A DNA stretch of 64,000 nt from Vitrella brassicaformis CCMP3155 (taxonomy: Eukaryota; Protista; Chromerida), in NCBI GenBank assembly GCA_001179505.1, contig CDMY01000220.1, positions 1-64,000 on the forward strand, written 5' to 3'. Positions within the stretch are counted from its first letter, which is position 1; every line of letters starts with the position of its first letter. Under the pieces are notes generated by a model. That model saw only the letters and a program-made list of their open reading frames with translations, was not told the DNA's origin and ran no database searches. Below are positions 37,240-49,102 of the stretch, piece after piece. Both the position numbers and the translations under genes were made by a program.

Positions 37240-37880
37240 GATGGTGGACCGTCCGCATACTGTGTTGCAGCGAACGACGGAGGGCGGAGAGTTCGAATTG
37301 GCCGATGTGGCCGCTGAAGGAGCGGCCCACTATCATGTTGCGTGGCTCCTCAGCCGTGGTGGCCACGGCGTAAGTGACGCCGCCTGAAAGAGGCAATGAT
37401 ACACACACACTACATATGCGCGAGACACGGCTTCCACTGACCGGTGGCGGCTGGGTTTGGTTTTGCTTTCTTGCCGGTCGGCTGGGCGACGCTGAGGTCG
37501 TATGGCATGACAATGTTGACCTCGTCATCGGCCATCTTGGCCGGGTCAGTTACAACCTGCAGTAATACATCCAACATTGGGAGACGCCTGTTGGGCTGGT
37601 TGGTTCTCACCTGCTCTCCCGGTATCTGTTTGAAAACACACACATGGACCAGCTCGATATCGTGTCGGTGGTGCTGCCTGAGCGGATGCAGCAGGGGCAT
37701 GGGTGATGTTGGCCATATCGGCGGCGCTGTGAGGAGCCGGCTCGGGGGCTGCATCTGACACCACATGAGGGGCCCCGACATGCGCTCGTGGGGCAGCCCG
37801 CCTTCGTCCAGCGGACAAACTGGTTGAAGGCATCTTCCAGCTGGTCGAACACCGCGGGGTTAACTCCCTGGTGCGCTGTT
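37240..37880 (-). CDS. Hypothetical gene fragments
   Basis: Exon-like segments GVNPAVFDQLEDAFNQFVRWTKAG, VVTDPAKMADDEVNIVMPYDLSVAQPTGKKAKPNPAAT and GGVTYAVATTAEEPRNMIVGRSFSGHIGQFELSALRRSL, bordered by AG/GT. No complete model. Confidence 0.3.
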
Positions 37881-39722
37881 TCATCTGTCTCAGATCGGGG
37901 TCATCCTGTCCGCGCGCAAATTTGAACGCCGATCGTGGCAGCCTGTTTGGGGGAGCCTGTACGGAGTTCAATTCGTGTATGAGCGACTTCGGACACATAT
38001 GATGCCTTGACGTGTGCTGACATGTCCGGCTCCGTCCGTTGGGATGACGTGCACAAACATGCAGAGGTCACACAGAGGTGATCGAATGCGTGCATCTCTC
38101 TCCATCGGTAGCAACAGAGACAGCGATACGTCTGCGTGGCAGGCAAACGCACCCAGCCAGCGGCCTGCCCACGACACCACAGAGCTTACAGAGCTTGCTA
38201 CCTTCCTTGCTTGCTGCCTTGGCACATGCGTACACACATGCAAACACACACATGCAACCCAACCACGCTCCCTACGAGCGTGGTGTGCCGCACCTACCAT
38301 GCAGCAATGCAAGCTGGCTGGCTCATCGATATGCGAGCTGCTTGTTCAGCTCGTCAGCCCACGGACACCATGGACACTCACATGCAGCAAGCGACACCAC
38401 ACCATACCCCCTGATAAAGGCACTGCACCCACACATGGACATTGACACACACATGCATAGCTACATAAACCAATCACACGACACGTACACACGTACACAC
38501 ATAGAAGCGACAAGTCATTACGGCAAAAAGCGCGCCAGGTAGGAGAGGCAAATCTGTCAGCCACTCTCTCATCCGTCGTCTGCGCGTGCGTGGAGGTGAC
38601 TATAGGCCGATAGGCCTCCCCGCCCCATGCACCACGCACACACCCATGAAGACTGGAGAGCGTGTAACGATACGACACACACGCTCAGTCAACCATAAAC
38701 CACCCCGCCCCCCTCCCTCCCTCCCTCTCAGCAAAAAAACTGACATGCAAGTGTGGATGACCCACACATGCACCAGTCCCCCCCTCCCTGTATGCGTGTC
38801 GCATTCATTAGGTGCCCATGTATGTGTACCCACGTTACGTAGGCATGTAGATATCTACACTTGTTTCCGCCCTCACGTACGCAGCTGTGTATGTGCGTGT
38901 GTGTGTGTATAAAAGCAACCCTGGTCAAAAAGTGAGCCAGTGGGTGTGCATGAATGACATTGTATGGCGACAGTAGTGAGTGGTTGAGCCGCGTGCTAGA
39001 CCCAATACCGTATCCATCCATGGGTGAGTGTGTATATGCACCAGCGCACGCGGTGCCATATGATCTGTCCACCCCGTCCCGTCCCCGTGACAATATCAAC
39101 ACAAATCCGCCACACCGTCCCCCCCTCCCCGCCATCCGCCGGTGTGTATGTCTGTATGTATGTATGCATTAACAATGGGCACACACCACCCGCATCACAT
39201 CACCGCCCACGTGTACGTAAAACTGTGACTGAAAAGACCGACAACAGCCCACACGCCAAACAGGCCGAGGAGCAACAAACCCGTTCGTTCCATGTTTGTG
39301 AGCATAAGGAGCGAGCAAGCCAGTGTGTGCTGTGCGACAAAAAAATGAGCAAGTCGGCCTGTCCATCGGTCGATGGCAGCCTCCCAACCAGCCAGCGAGT
39401 TCCTCACGCGCATGCAGGTGGGGAAAAATCCAGTGAGAGAGACAGAAAGGGGCAGGTCATGTCAACCCAACAGACAGCCAGACACGCGGAGAGGGTGCGA
39501 GAGGGAAGGGCGCAGAGAGGCAGCCAGCCGGCCTCTCAGCGACCACAAATACCACGAACGAAAAAGACGTGCAGACGCCCATGGTGGGTAGGTAGGCACG
39601 GGCAGCATACAACACCCTCACACACCACTGGGGGGCGGGGACGGGGCGACGGGTGGATCATGGGGTGGGTCATCAAGAAACAAACCGGTACTCGTACGTA
39701 CGTAACCACACAGATACTCGCG

Positions 39723-41340
39723 TCACACCTTCTGCACTGGCTGCACTGGCGCCGCGACGGTCGCCGCCTCGTCATGATGGCAGTACCCATTCTCAACCTG
39801 CACAGACAGAGCACCAAAGTGCAACCAACATTCTCAGTTGCAGGCAGCCCCATGCATTGCCTGCCACTTCCTCCCCTGTTTTTGCGACTGACTGACCTCA
39901 TGCAAGCATGTGTGCGGCCTGCCGACGACGATGGCGTTGCCCGAGGGTGATGTGGGGAACCCGGTCGCCCTGCCCTTGCGCTTCAGACAGATGTACACGA
40001 TGGCGAAGGAGAAGGTGAGGATGAGGACGGACGCGAGAATGCCGACGGCGACGCGGTATCCGGTCAGCTCGCTGCTGATGGCTGGGGGAAGGCCCGACGT
40101 CGACTGCTGGTGGGAGTGCTGGTCGAAGGATGCCTCCTCTGAGAGGGGGCTGACTGCGAAACGACTCTCTGTTGGACGACGGCAACACACACACAGGGAG
40201 AGAAAGAGGTGGCAGACGGTGTGCGTGGATGTGGCCGTCTGTGTGTGTGTGTGTGTGTGTGTGTACCTTGTGATCGGTCGAATATCTGTCCGTCGCTTTG
40301 CTGGTTGGGGTGGCGAAGTTGGTCGTCCCACCTGACACACCGATTGACAAACGGCACACACGAAGAAACATACGGGGGGGAGCGAGGCAAGATGTGACAT
40401 CGCGCGCCCCAACCTACCCGGTGCAGACGACTCTGTTGATCTCCACCGTTTCATTGACGCACTTGGAATTCCACTCACCTGACACACACACACCCATACA
40501 CACGACCCGTTTGGTCACTCAGTCGCACCGGGTGCTGTCTGTCTGTCTGTGGTGCGTGTGCCCATGTACATTTCTTGATCGCTTCGTGTCTCATAAGGTG
40601 CTCGTTGTTCGGATCGAACTGCATCTCACAGCGAGACACCGGCCGACCTGCACACACATACCGGGCGCTGCACACTCGCCCCCGCCCCCGCCCCCTTTCG
40701 CAATCACTCACCGGAGAGGCACACGTAGTAGCAGCTGCCCCTGACGAATGAATCCTCGACCTCACAGTGGCTGAAGAGGTCCTGCTCCTCGCCCATGCCT
40801 TTCAGGTCGGTGCACTTGACAATATCGGTCCCGTTTTCGTTGAGCACCTCGCTGCACTGGAGGTCGATGTCCATCATGTAATGGAGAAAGTCGTGTGGAC
40901 TGGGTCGGCTGTCGATGCAGTGCCCGTAGTAGTCCATGTCCTGGTGCATGTCCGGATCACCCAAACACTCTAAACACACACACACCAACAGACAGGGCAG
41001 GCACACAATCACCACAAATGCAGCAACGCTCCCCATCCGGATTCTGTGTACGTGTTGCTTTTGTGCGCCGTCCCGCCCCGCCCTGCTCACGTTTGTCGAG
41101 GGGGTTGTCGCTTTCGAACTTGCCGTAGTCGCAGTAGAAGGTCTTGTTGACGAGGGTCTCCACTCCGCTGGCGTTCCTCTCCCCAAGCTCACGCAGCGGG
41201 GTCAGTTTGCGCCGCGACAAGGATCCCATGATTTTGTGCACCTCATTGCGCACCAGGCCAGCAGGCACAGATGAGCCACTGCTTTTGATTGTGCACCAGA
41301 CAGCCGAAAGGGACAAAAGCCACAGAGAGATGGGACGCAT
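39723..41340 (-). CDS. Type I membrane protein: signal peptide, Cys-rich ectodomain, single TM helix, short tail
   Basis: N-terminus MRPISLWLLSLSAVWC; about 9 Cys in the ectodomain over phase-consistent exons; TM segment VAVGILASVLILTFSFAIVYICL followed by KRK; stop TGA at 39723-39725. Confidence 0.75.
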
Positions 41341-41570
41341 TGTGTGTGAGGAATCGGTGACGGAGACTATGCGGTGATGGCGGAAGGTGTGCAGCGGTCT
41401 GCAGTCGCGGGATTAGAAGGAATGACGCGAAGTCTCTCGAAGGCGTTGAAGCGAAACGTTGCACGGGGGGAGGACCTTGCAGCCCCGGCTTGGCTCGCAT
41501 TCCCTTCGGTAACCACGATGAACCACGAGAGTGGGTAGCCCCGCTTCTGAAGCACAACAGGTCGAATGTG
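41341..41570. promoter_or_regulatory. Probable bidirectional promoter, membrane protein / lipase
   Basis: About 230 bp between divergent candidate ATGs; TGGCTCGC at 41491-41498. The lipase start is inferred. Confidence 0.45.
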
Positions 41571-44500
41571 ATGGAATCCAACACTGAGGAGGCCAGAAAC
41601 GATGTTGAGAGGGCCGTGCTGCCCGTCAGCGTCAGGGTGTCAGAAAGCAGCCCGCGGGACATCCACCTCCACGTCGAGGAGGTCGCCCAAAGCCCGTCAA
41701 GCACGCCCAACCAGCGCACCAGAAGATACCTAAGGGCACTTGGTCAGTCAGCAAACACACCCAAAGAGCCACTGGCGAGAGCAGAGCAGAGCAGACGAGA
41801 GATGAATGGATGGATGAGTGGAGGAATGGATGCTCCCTCGGTGGCCGGATGTTCATGTGATGTGTTGTGTTGTGTTGTGTGCCATTTGCTTTCTCTCTCA
41901 TGCATGACAATGCAGGCCAGTCGGCTGCTCAGTGCATCCGTATGCACCACCCCCTCAGAGGGGCCGGCAACGACCCAGCACACCAACAGCAACAACAGCA
42001 GCAACAGCAGCAGCAGAACCAACAACAACAGCAACAGCAGCAGCAGCAGCAGGCGTCCTCCTCAACCGCCCCACCCCATCAGGTGGCATCTTCGTCGCTG
42101 CACCCGCCGGTTCTGAACCAGCATGACAGCGGTTTCCATCAGCGTGTGCAGTACGGCTTCCAACGGGTCCTGTGGTACATCGACTGCTTCTGCTGCGTCT
42201 GCAGAGGGATCCCGCCACTCGCAGGTGGGAATGAATGGACTCAATGAATGAAGTGGGGGACTCATCACATCCGGCCATGGGGTTCTTTCTTTGTCCCTCT
42301 GCGGGCGTGGCGTGGCGTGTGTGCTGCAGAGACTGACGAGGCGACTGTGCTGCGGATCATCGCCATGCTCGTGATAGAGTTCTCGCGAGGTGAGAAAGCA
42401 GATTCACTGGGGTGTGCGGGTGTGGTTGGAATCTCATCTCATGTGTGTCGTGTTGTGTTGATGGAATTGATGTGTGCTGTGCAGGTGCTGAGGGCGTGAC
42501 GCTGGCCGATGTGATGCTGGGCATCTCCATCCTGAGGGCCAGACAGAAGGTGAGGTGCCCACACACATCACACATATCACCCACACACACATGCAGTGCA
42601 TCTGATGTGTGTGGGTGCTTTTGTTTCTCAGCAACAGCAGCTGCTGTCCCTGCAGTCGCCCCCCGGCCAGTCGCCCATACCGTCACGGCACATGTACCGG
42701 CGGCTTCGCAATCGCCTCCGCGTGCGGCACCACAGACGGCCACAACAGCAACGCACAAGTGCTGCTGCGTAAGCACCACACCGAACCGCACCACCCACTT
42801 CACCCACACATCGACCATCGCCCCCATCGACCTCTACTCTCTCTGCATTGCATTCGTTCAGCGCTCCTGTGCCGACCCGTCCCCCGAACTACTCGTTCCG
42901 TCCCAAGAGGGCCCAGCGGTCGCCGCTCTCCCCTCCAACCATCCAGTCGCCCTTTGACACCACATACGGCGGCAGGGCCGTCACGGCACCCGCAGTGGCT
43001 GCTGGCGGTGGCGGTGGTGGTGGTGGTGGTGGTCAGAATGAGCCTATTGAGAGGCGTGGTGGTGGCCGTGTGTGGGGTGTGGGTGAGTTGAAGGTCACGC
43101 GGGTGCCTGTGGAGGACTTGTCGTTCGCTGTAGCATATTTTGCACACTTCATGGTGAGTGAGTGAGTGAGCTGGTGGGGGGGATGGGATGTTGGCCGGTC
43201 GGTCGGTACGTATGTGTGTGTATGTGTGTGTGTGTATGTGTGTGTGTGTGTGTGTGCAGATGGCGTCGTACGGGTGGCGTCTGTATCAGCTGCTGTATCC
43301 CTTCACGGGATGCATTCAGGTATGTAACGTAGCCCTTTCACACAGACCCTCCCCCTACCCCACACACACATGCGCCCCATTCGTGTGTGTGTGTGCAGAC
43401 GTGGTGGTGGTGGTCGGTGCGGTGCATGTCCCGGCGGTCCACATACGAGGCTGCCTTCCTCAAAGTCGCCGGTGGGTGTGCTGTGCTGTGCTGTGCTGGT
43501 GCCACCACCGGGACGGGGATGTGATGTGCACACATGTTGAGTTAGCTGTGTGGTTCTATGTGTGTGTGTGTGTAGGTATCCCCGCGGAGGACCTGATAGT
43601 GTCGTGTGTGGCGTCACAGCCCTTCAAACCGTCACACTTCCTCTGCATCGACAGGTCAGGTGAACACACTGACTGCAATGACCACACCGACACCCACATC
43701 ACCTATGCCTGTGTCTGTTTGAGTGGGTGACATACAGGCGTTCCCAGTCGGTGGTGTTGGTGGTGAGGGGGTCGCTGGAGACGACAGACATCATCACCGA
43801 CGCCGTCTGCACCAACGCACCCTTCCAGGTACGGTGGCCACGCGCTCACACACACACACACACAGGCACAGGCCTTGTATCGCAGCTACTGTGTTGTGTG
43901 TGTCAGAACGGCTATGCCCACGCCGGCATCCTTGCCGGCGCAGAGTGGGTGCTGGCAAAGGTACCCAGACACACACGTTGATCAGATCGGATCAACATGT
44001 GAATGTGATCTGATCTGATCTGCCATGGGTGGGTCAGACTGAGCGTCACATCGACCGCTGTTTTAACCTTCACCCGCACTATCGGCTCATCGTCGTCGGC
44101 CACTCGCTCGGCGCCGGCGTGGCCACGCTGCTCGGATGCCTTCTGGAGGTGCGCTCCGCTCTCTGTGCTGTCTTTGTGTGTGTGTGTTTTGATGGTGGGA
44201 ACAGACAGTGGATGCGTGTGTGTTCAGCCGCGGTACCCCGGTTTACACGTCTTCGCCTACGCGCCGCCCCACTTGGTCGATGTGGAGACCGCACAGTCAC
44301 TTGTGCCAATGGTGAGCATGGCATGTTGATCTGTTGGCTAGGCTAGACTGGGCATCCTCTGTGTCTGCGTGTGTGGGTGTAGGTGACGACAGTAGCCTTC
44401 GGTAAAGATTTGGTGTGCCACATGTCGCTGCGGTCGATGCTCAAGCTGAGGAACGCCATCGTGCGGGCCGCCGTGGGCAGGGAACAGGCCCAGACACCCA

Positions 44501-46116
44501 CAGGCACACAGCAGGTATGCCCCCCCACCCCCTGCCCCCATGCACACACAAGTATGTTTCTATGTGTCTGTCTGTGTCTGTCTGTGTGCCGGAACGCAGG
44601 TCTCTCTTGTATCGTCTATCGAGCCAAAGGCATCAGCATCAGCATCAGCATCAGCATCAGCAGCAGCAGCACCAGCCACCAACGGCAGCAGTGCCGCCCA
44701 GCCACCGGCACAACCAACACAGCCTCACTCCCAGCCACCAGGGCCCGTCACGGCGGCATCGGGCAAGCGAGCCAACAGACTCTGGCTGCTCCTTAAGTGA
44801 GTGAATCAGCCACGCACATACCCATCCATCCATCCATCCACCCTTGTTTGTGGTCCCCACCCTTGTGTGTGTGTGTGGTGTGGTCTGTCAGGGTGCCGTT
44901 CATATCTCACCAGACGTTGCTGCTGGAGGCGGAGAAGGCCGGTCTCAACGTGGAGGCCTCACACAGTTTCTCGTCTCACGCACCGTCACTCGTGCCGCAC
45001 TACCCCGTCGGCAACGTCGGCAGCCCCCCTGTCTACTCCACGGTAGGCACTCACGCGCACACACATGTGTGCAGGATGGGATGGCCAGTCGCGTTATAAG
45101 GATGCATCCTCATGTGTGTGTGGGGATGGATGGATGGATGGCTGGATGGATGTCTTGCAGTCGTTCGATGCTGGCGAGCTGGCCACATCGCCTGTGGACA
45201 TCAGTGGCACCATCCCCCACTACGGCAGCGCTGCCCAGCGGCCGACACACCCACATCCACACCCACACGCAGCGCAGAGGCTCTCACCTGCAGGCAACAG
45301 CGCAGGTAGGAGGTGTGGTGTGGTGCGGTACACACAGAATCGTTAGTTATCCGTTTGCCCGTTGTGTTTGTTCAGGTGTGGTGAAGGTAGAGAGTATGAC
45401 GCCCATGACCACCACTGCCCACAGCCCCCTCCCGTTGATGCCCACGTCAGGGGCGCCGTCGTCGCAGCACCACCACCAGCCACTGCCGACCGTCACAGAG
45501 AGTGAGATGAGTGGCAGCGACAGCAGCATGCAGCTCGTCGCCAAGGCAGACACCAACACAGCCACAGCCACAGCTACAGCCACGGCGGGAGCAGCAGAAG
45601 CAGAAGCAGCAGCAGGCAGTGCAGTGGGCAGCACAACTGATGCCACTGCAGGTGCAGCTGGTGGTGCTGCTAGTGGTGCTGGCGGGGCTGGAGAGGCGAC
45701 AACCGGCAACAACCACGCCACCACCAGCACAGGTATGTTGTCAAACCTCTGTCTGTTTCTGCCCACGCCGTATTGTCAGTATCTGTGTGTTGTGTGAGTG
45801 CAGATGCCGGGGCGCCCCCCTCCCCCCGGCCTCTGCCCGAGTTGGCGCCTCTGGGCGGCGCTGGCGTCGAGGTCGAGACCACCCACCCCGCCATGGCCAT
45901 GGAGGGGGCTGTTTCTGCATCTGGGGGTGGCTTGCTGGGCGGTGAAGGTATGGGCGACTCGTTCCAGATGCTAGTAGAGGACCCCTCGACGCTGGCGGAG
46001 TCGTTGTTCCTCCCGGGGTGGATATTCCACATAGCTGAAGTGAGCAAGCTGAACCCTCACGTGTCGGCCGAGGTCACGGAAGACCTCCAGCCCACCTCAT
46101 GCATACTCGGTAACGA

Positions 46117-46147
<31 letters not shown>

Positions 46148-47251
46148 ACCNNNNNNNNNNNNNNNNNNNNNNNNNNNNNNNNNNNNNNNNNNNNNNNNNN
46201 NNNNNNNNNNNNNNNNNNNNNNNNNNNNNNNNNNNNNNNNNNNNNNNNNNNNNNNNNNNNNNNNNNNNNNNNNNNNNNNNNNNNNNNNNNNNNNNNNNNN
46301 NNNNNNNNNNNNNNNNNNNNNNNNNNNNNNNNNNNNNNNNNNNNNNNNNNNNNNNNNNNNNNNNNNNNNNNNNNNNNNNNNNNNNNNNNNNNNNNNNNNN
46401 NNNNNNNNNNNNNNNNNNNNNNNNNNNNNNNNNNNNNNNNNNNNNNNNNNCCCCCCCCCCCCCCCCCCCCCATTCACACACATCACATCCGCCTGTGTGC
46501 TATGCTTGTGTGTTCGTTCATGTCGACACCCACCCACCCACAGCCCCCTGTCTGTGGTGGATGCGTCTGTGCCGTCGGCGGTCCCCGGCCCCATCGGCGG
46601 CCCAGTCCGACAGCGGGCGGACATCTCCACGCCGGCCGCCCCCCCGGGCGAGAGGGTGCTGCACGAGGGCCGATTTGAAAGTCAGACGCGCCGAACACGA
46701 GTGCTTCAACGTACGCCACGCCAAAGAGGGGGAGGGAGGGAGGTGGGATGGATGGGGGATGGGATGTCTGTGGTGTGGTGTGGTGTGGTGTGTGTGTTGC
46801 AGGACATCAAGATATCGACTCGGATGTTCTCTGACCACATGCCGGGCAACTACTGGAAACGGGCGCAGGTGAGTGGATCCACACATGGATGGATGGATGG
46901 ATCGGATGGTGCACTGCAGGAGCTGAATTTCTGTCTCGGTGCTGAGCGGAACTCCAAGAAAGCACCGCCATCCGAGGTGGGTGCGGTGCCATTGCTCCCA
47001 CACACCACACAACACGCACCATACGCACCGACACAGACGCACTCACTGCCCTTCCCTTCTCACTCTTGGCTTGGCTTGGCTTGGCTTGGCTGCATCAATG
47101 AATCACTCAGATCCGCCGTCGGTTGGAGAGTGCTTTGGATTATTTCCAGGCCCTGTCGACCATCCAAGCCTACCACCGCACGCAGACGTCGCCCACGCGC
47201 TCGCCGCCCCCATTCGACACTGACGAGGAGAGGGAAACGCACAGCGACTGA
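41571..47251 (+). CDS. Class 3 lipase, diacylglycerol-lipase-like, with polyQ and Ala-rich inserts
   Basis: Nucleophile motif LIVVGHSLGAGVA; VVLVVRGSLETTDIITD; GYAHAGIL; HVFAYAPP; C-terminal His motif ISTRMFSDHMPGNY; DAGL-like TLADVMLGISIL. The N gap at 46151-46450 interrupts the gene. Confidence 0.85.
46151..46450. other. Assembly gap (300 N), flanked by poly-C
   Basis: N run. Confidence 1.
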
Positions 47252-48294
47252 CTGACAAAACTGACCAACCGACACACGCAGGCGATCGATTTTCTACAGG
47301 GAGAGCTATCTATCCATCTGTCCATTCATATCTACGAGGGACGGGTATACCGACCGGGCCACCGCGCCGTGTTTTTCCATCCATCGCTCGTCTGTGCCGT
47401 GCCATGTGTGGACTGGACGACACGACTGGCCATCCCATCCGTCTGTCTGTCTGTGTGTCTTTTTCGCCCCATTCCGACCGACCGAGTGATTGGAGGGTCG
47501 CTCTGTCTGTCTGGGTGAGTCCGCGCGTGCACATGAATGTGTTGTCTGTCTCATCTGTCTGCCTGTCTGTCTGTCTGTCTGTGTGTCTGAGTGTTGGGTG
47601 TTTTTGGTGCCTGCCTGCCTGCGGCGTGAGTGTGAGGGACTTTAGGTAGGGCCTTAGTCAGTCAGGGTGTGCTGCTAGTGAGTGAAGTGACCGCGTGTCC
47701 GTCCGTCTGTATGGGTGTGGGTGGGTGGGCGGGCGGGCGGGTGGCTTCCTACAGTGCAGTGGCCTCCTAATACATAAGATACTTACATACGCTACGCTAC
47801 GCTCATCCGGTTTCTACGCTTTTGGTTGGGACGCTGTGCATTTGTCGGTCGGCGATCGGTCTTTTGGTGTCTGTGTGTCTGTGGGTCGTAGGTAAGCAGC
47901 TAAGGACGGACAGACAGACGCAGCGCAGAAAGAAAGGAGCTGAGAGGTGCATGTGGCGTCAACAGGATGGATGGATGAACGGATGATGGATGAAACCCAC
48001 CCAAAATCTACACCGGCCGGCGGTTCTTCATTCCTTTTATTCTTGACTCGTCGGCCATCCCGGCGGCAGCAGTTTCACGGAGCACCCTGACCTCTTTGCG
48101 AGCTTACAGACCTCCAAGCTCGCATTTTCGCTTTTTGAAAACAGCCTGTTTGACGAGGAGGGATGGCCTGTGATGCTTGTCGGTTGGTGTAGTGTGTAGC
48201 TTTCAAGTTTCTCCGCGATCCCTTTGCGTCCTTCCCGCCCCGCCACCTTCGTTTGACGCTCGCCCTATCGGCGTTTGACGGTGAGGTAGTACCT

Positions 48295-49065
48295 ATGGCG
48301 GACGCCCGCAAATCGCAGCACCAGCCCACAGCCAAACCCAAGACCGTGCGCAAGCGCCAGGTTGACGCCGACGACGAGGAGTGGAGCGCTCCCCAGTGGG
48401 CAGTGTCTCCGCAGCACCCGCCGCCCGCCAAGCTGCCTGTTGATGTGGACGTCTCCGCCGGACTACAGGAGCCATTGCAGCAGGCCGACGAAGGTCTGGG
48501 AGGGCAGGAGAAGATCCCCGAGGGCCGCATTCCTCGCAAGCGCCGCAAGGCGAAAGAGGGAGAGGGTGATGGGAGGGAGGGACATGGTGCTGGTGCCGCA
48601 GCGGCTGCTGCTGCGGCCGGGAGTGCCGAGGAGGCCGTGGATGTGGACGTGCCGGCGGCCGAGGAGGTGGGAGCGGGACAACACTTAGTGGTGAGCAGCA
48701 AGAAGGCATAGCATACACCCCCGATTGATTGCACACTGACTGGATGAATGGCTGGGCTGTGGTGTCAGGTTGGTCATGGTCAGGCGGCGGCGGCGGCTGC
48801 TGCTGCGGCGGCGGCGGCGGCGGCGGTTGTTCACCCTGTGGCCGCCATGCCGGCTGCTGCTGCAGCTGCTGGTGTCCTCCAGCACCCGGAGGCGCCTGCG
48901 TCATCGCACCCCCTGGTGCCGGCCATGTCCATCGGCGGCCTCAAAATCGACGCCTCATGCCTCCAGCAGATGAACACACAAGCAAAGGTCAGTAGGCACA
49001 ACCACACCACACATGCCTCTCCCCCCGCCCTCCTGTCCCCTCCCCTGCTGCATGCACCCACCTGA

Positions 49066-49102
<37 letters not shown>

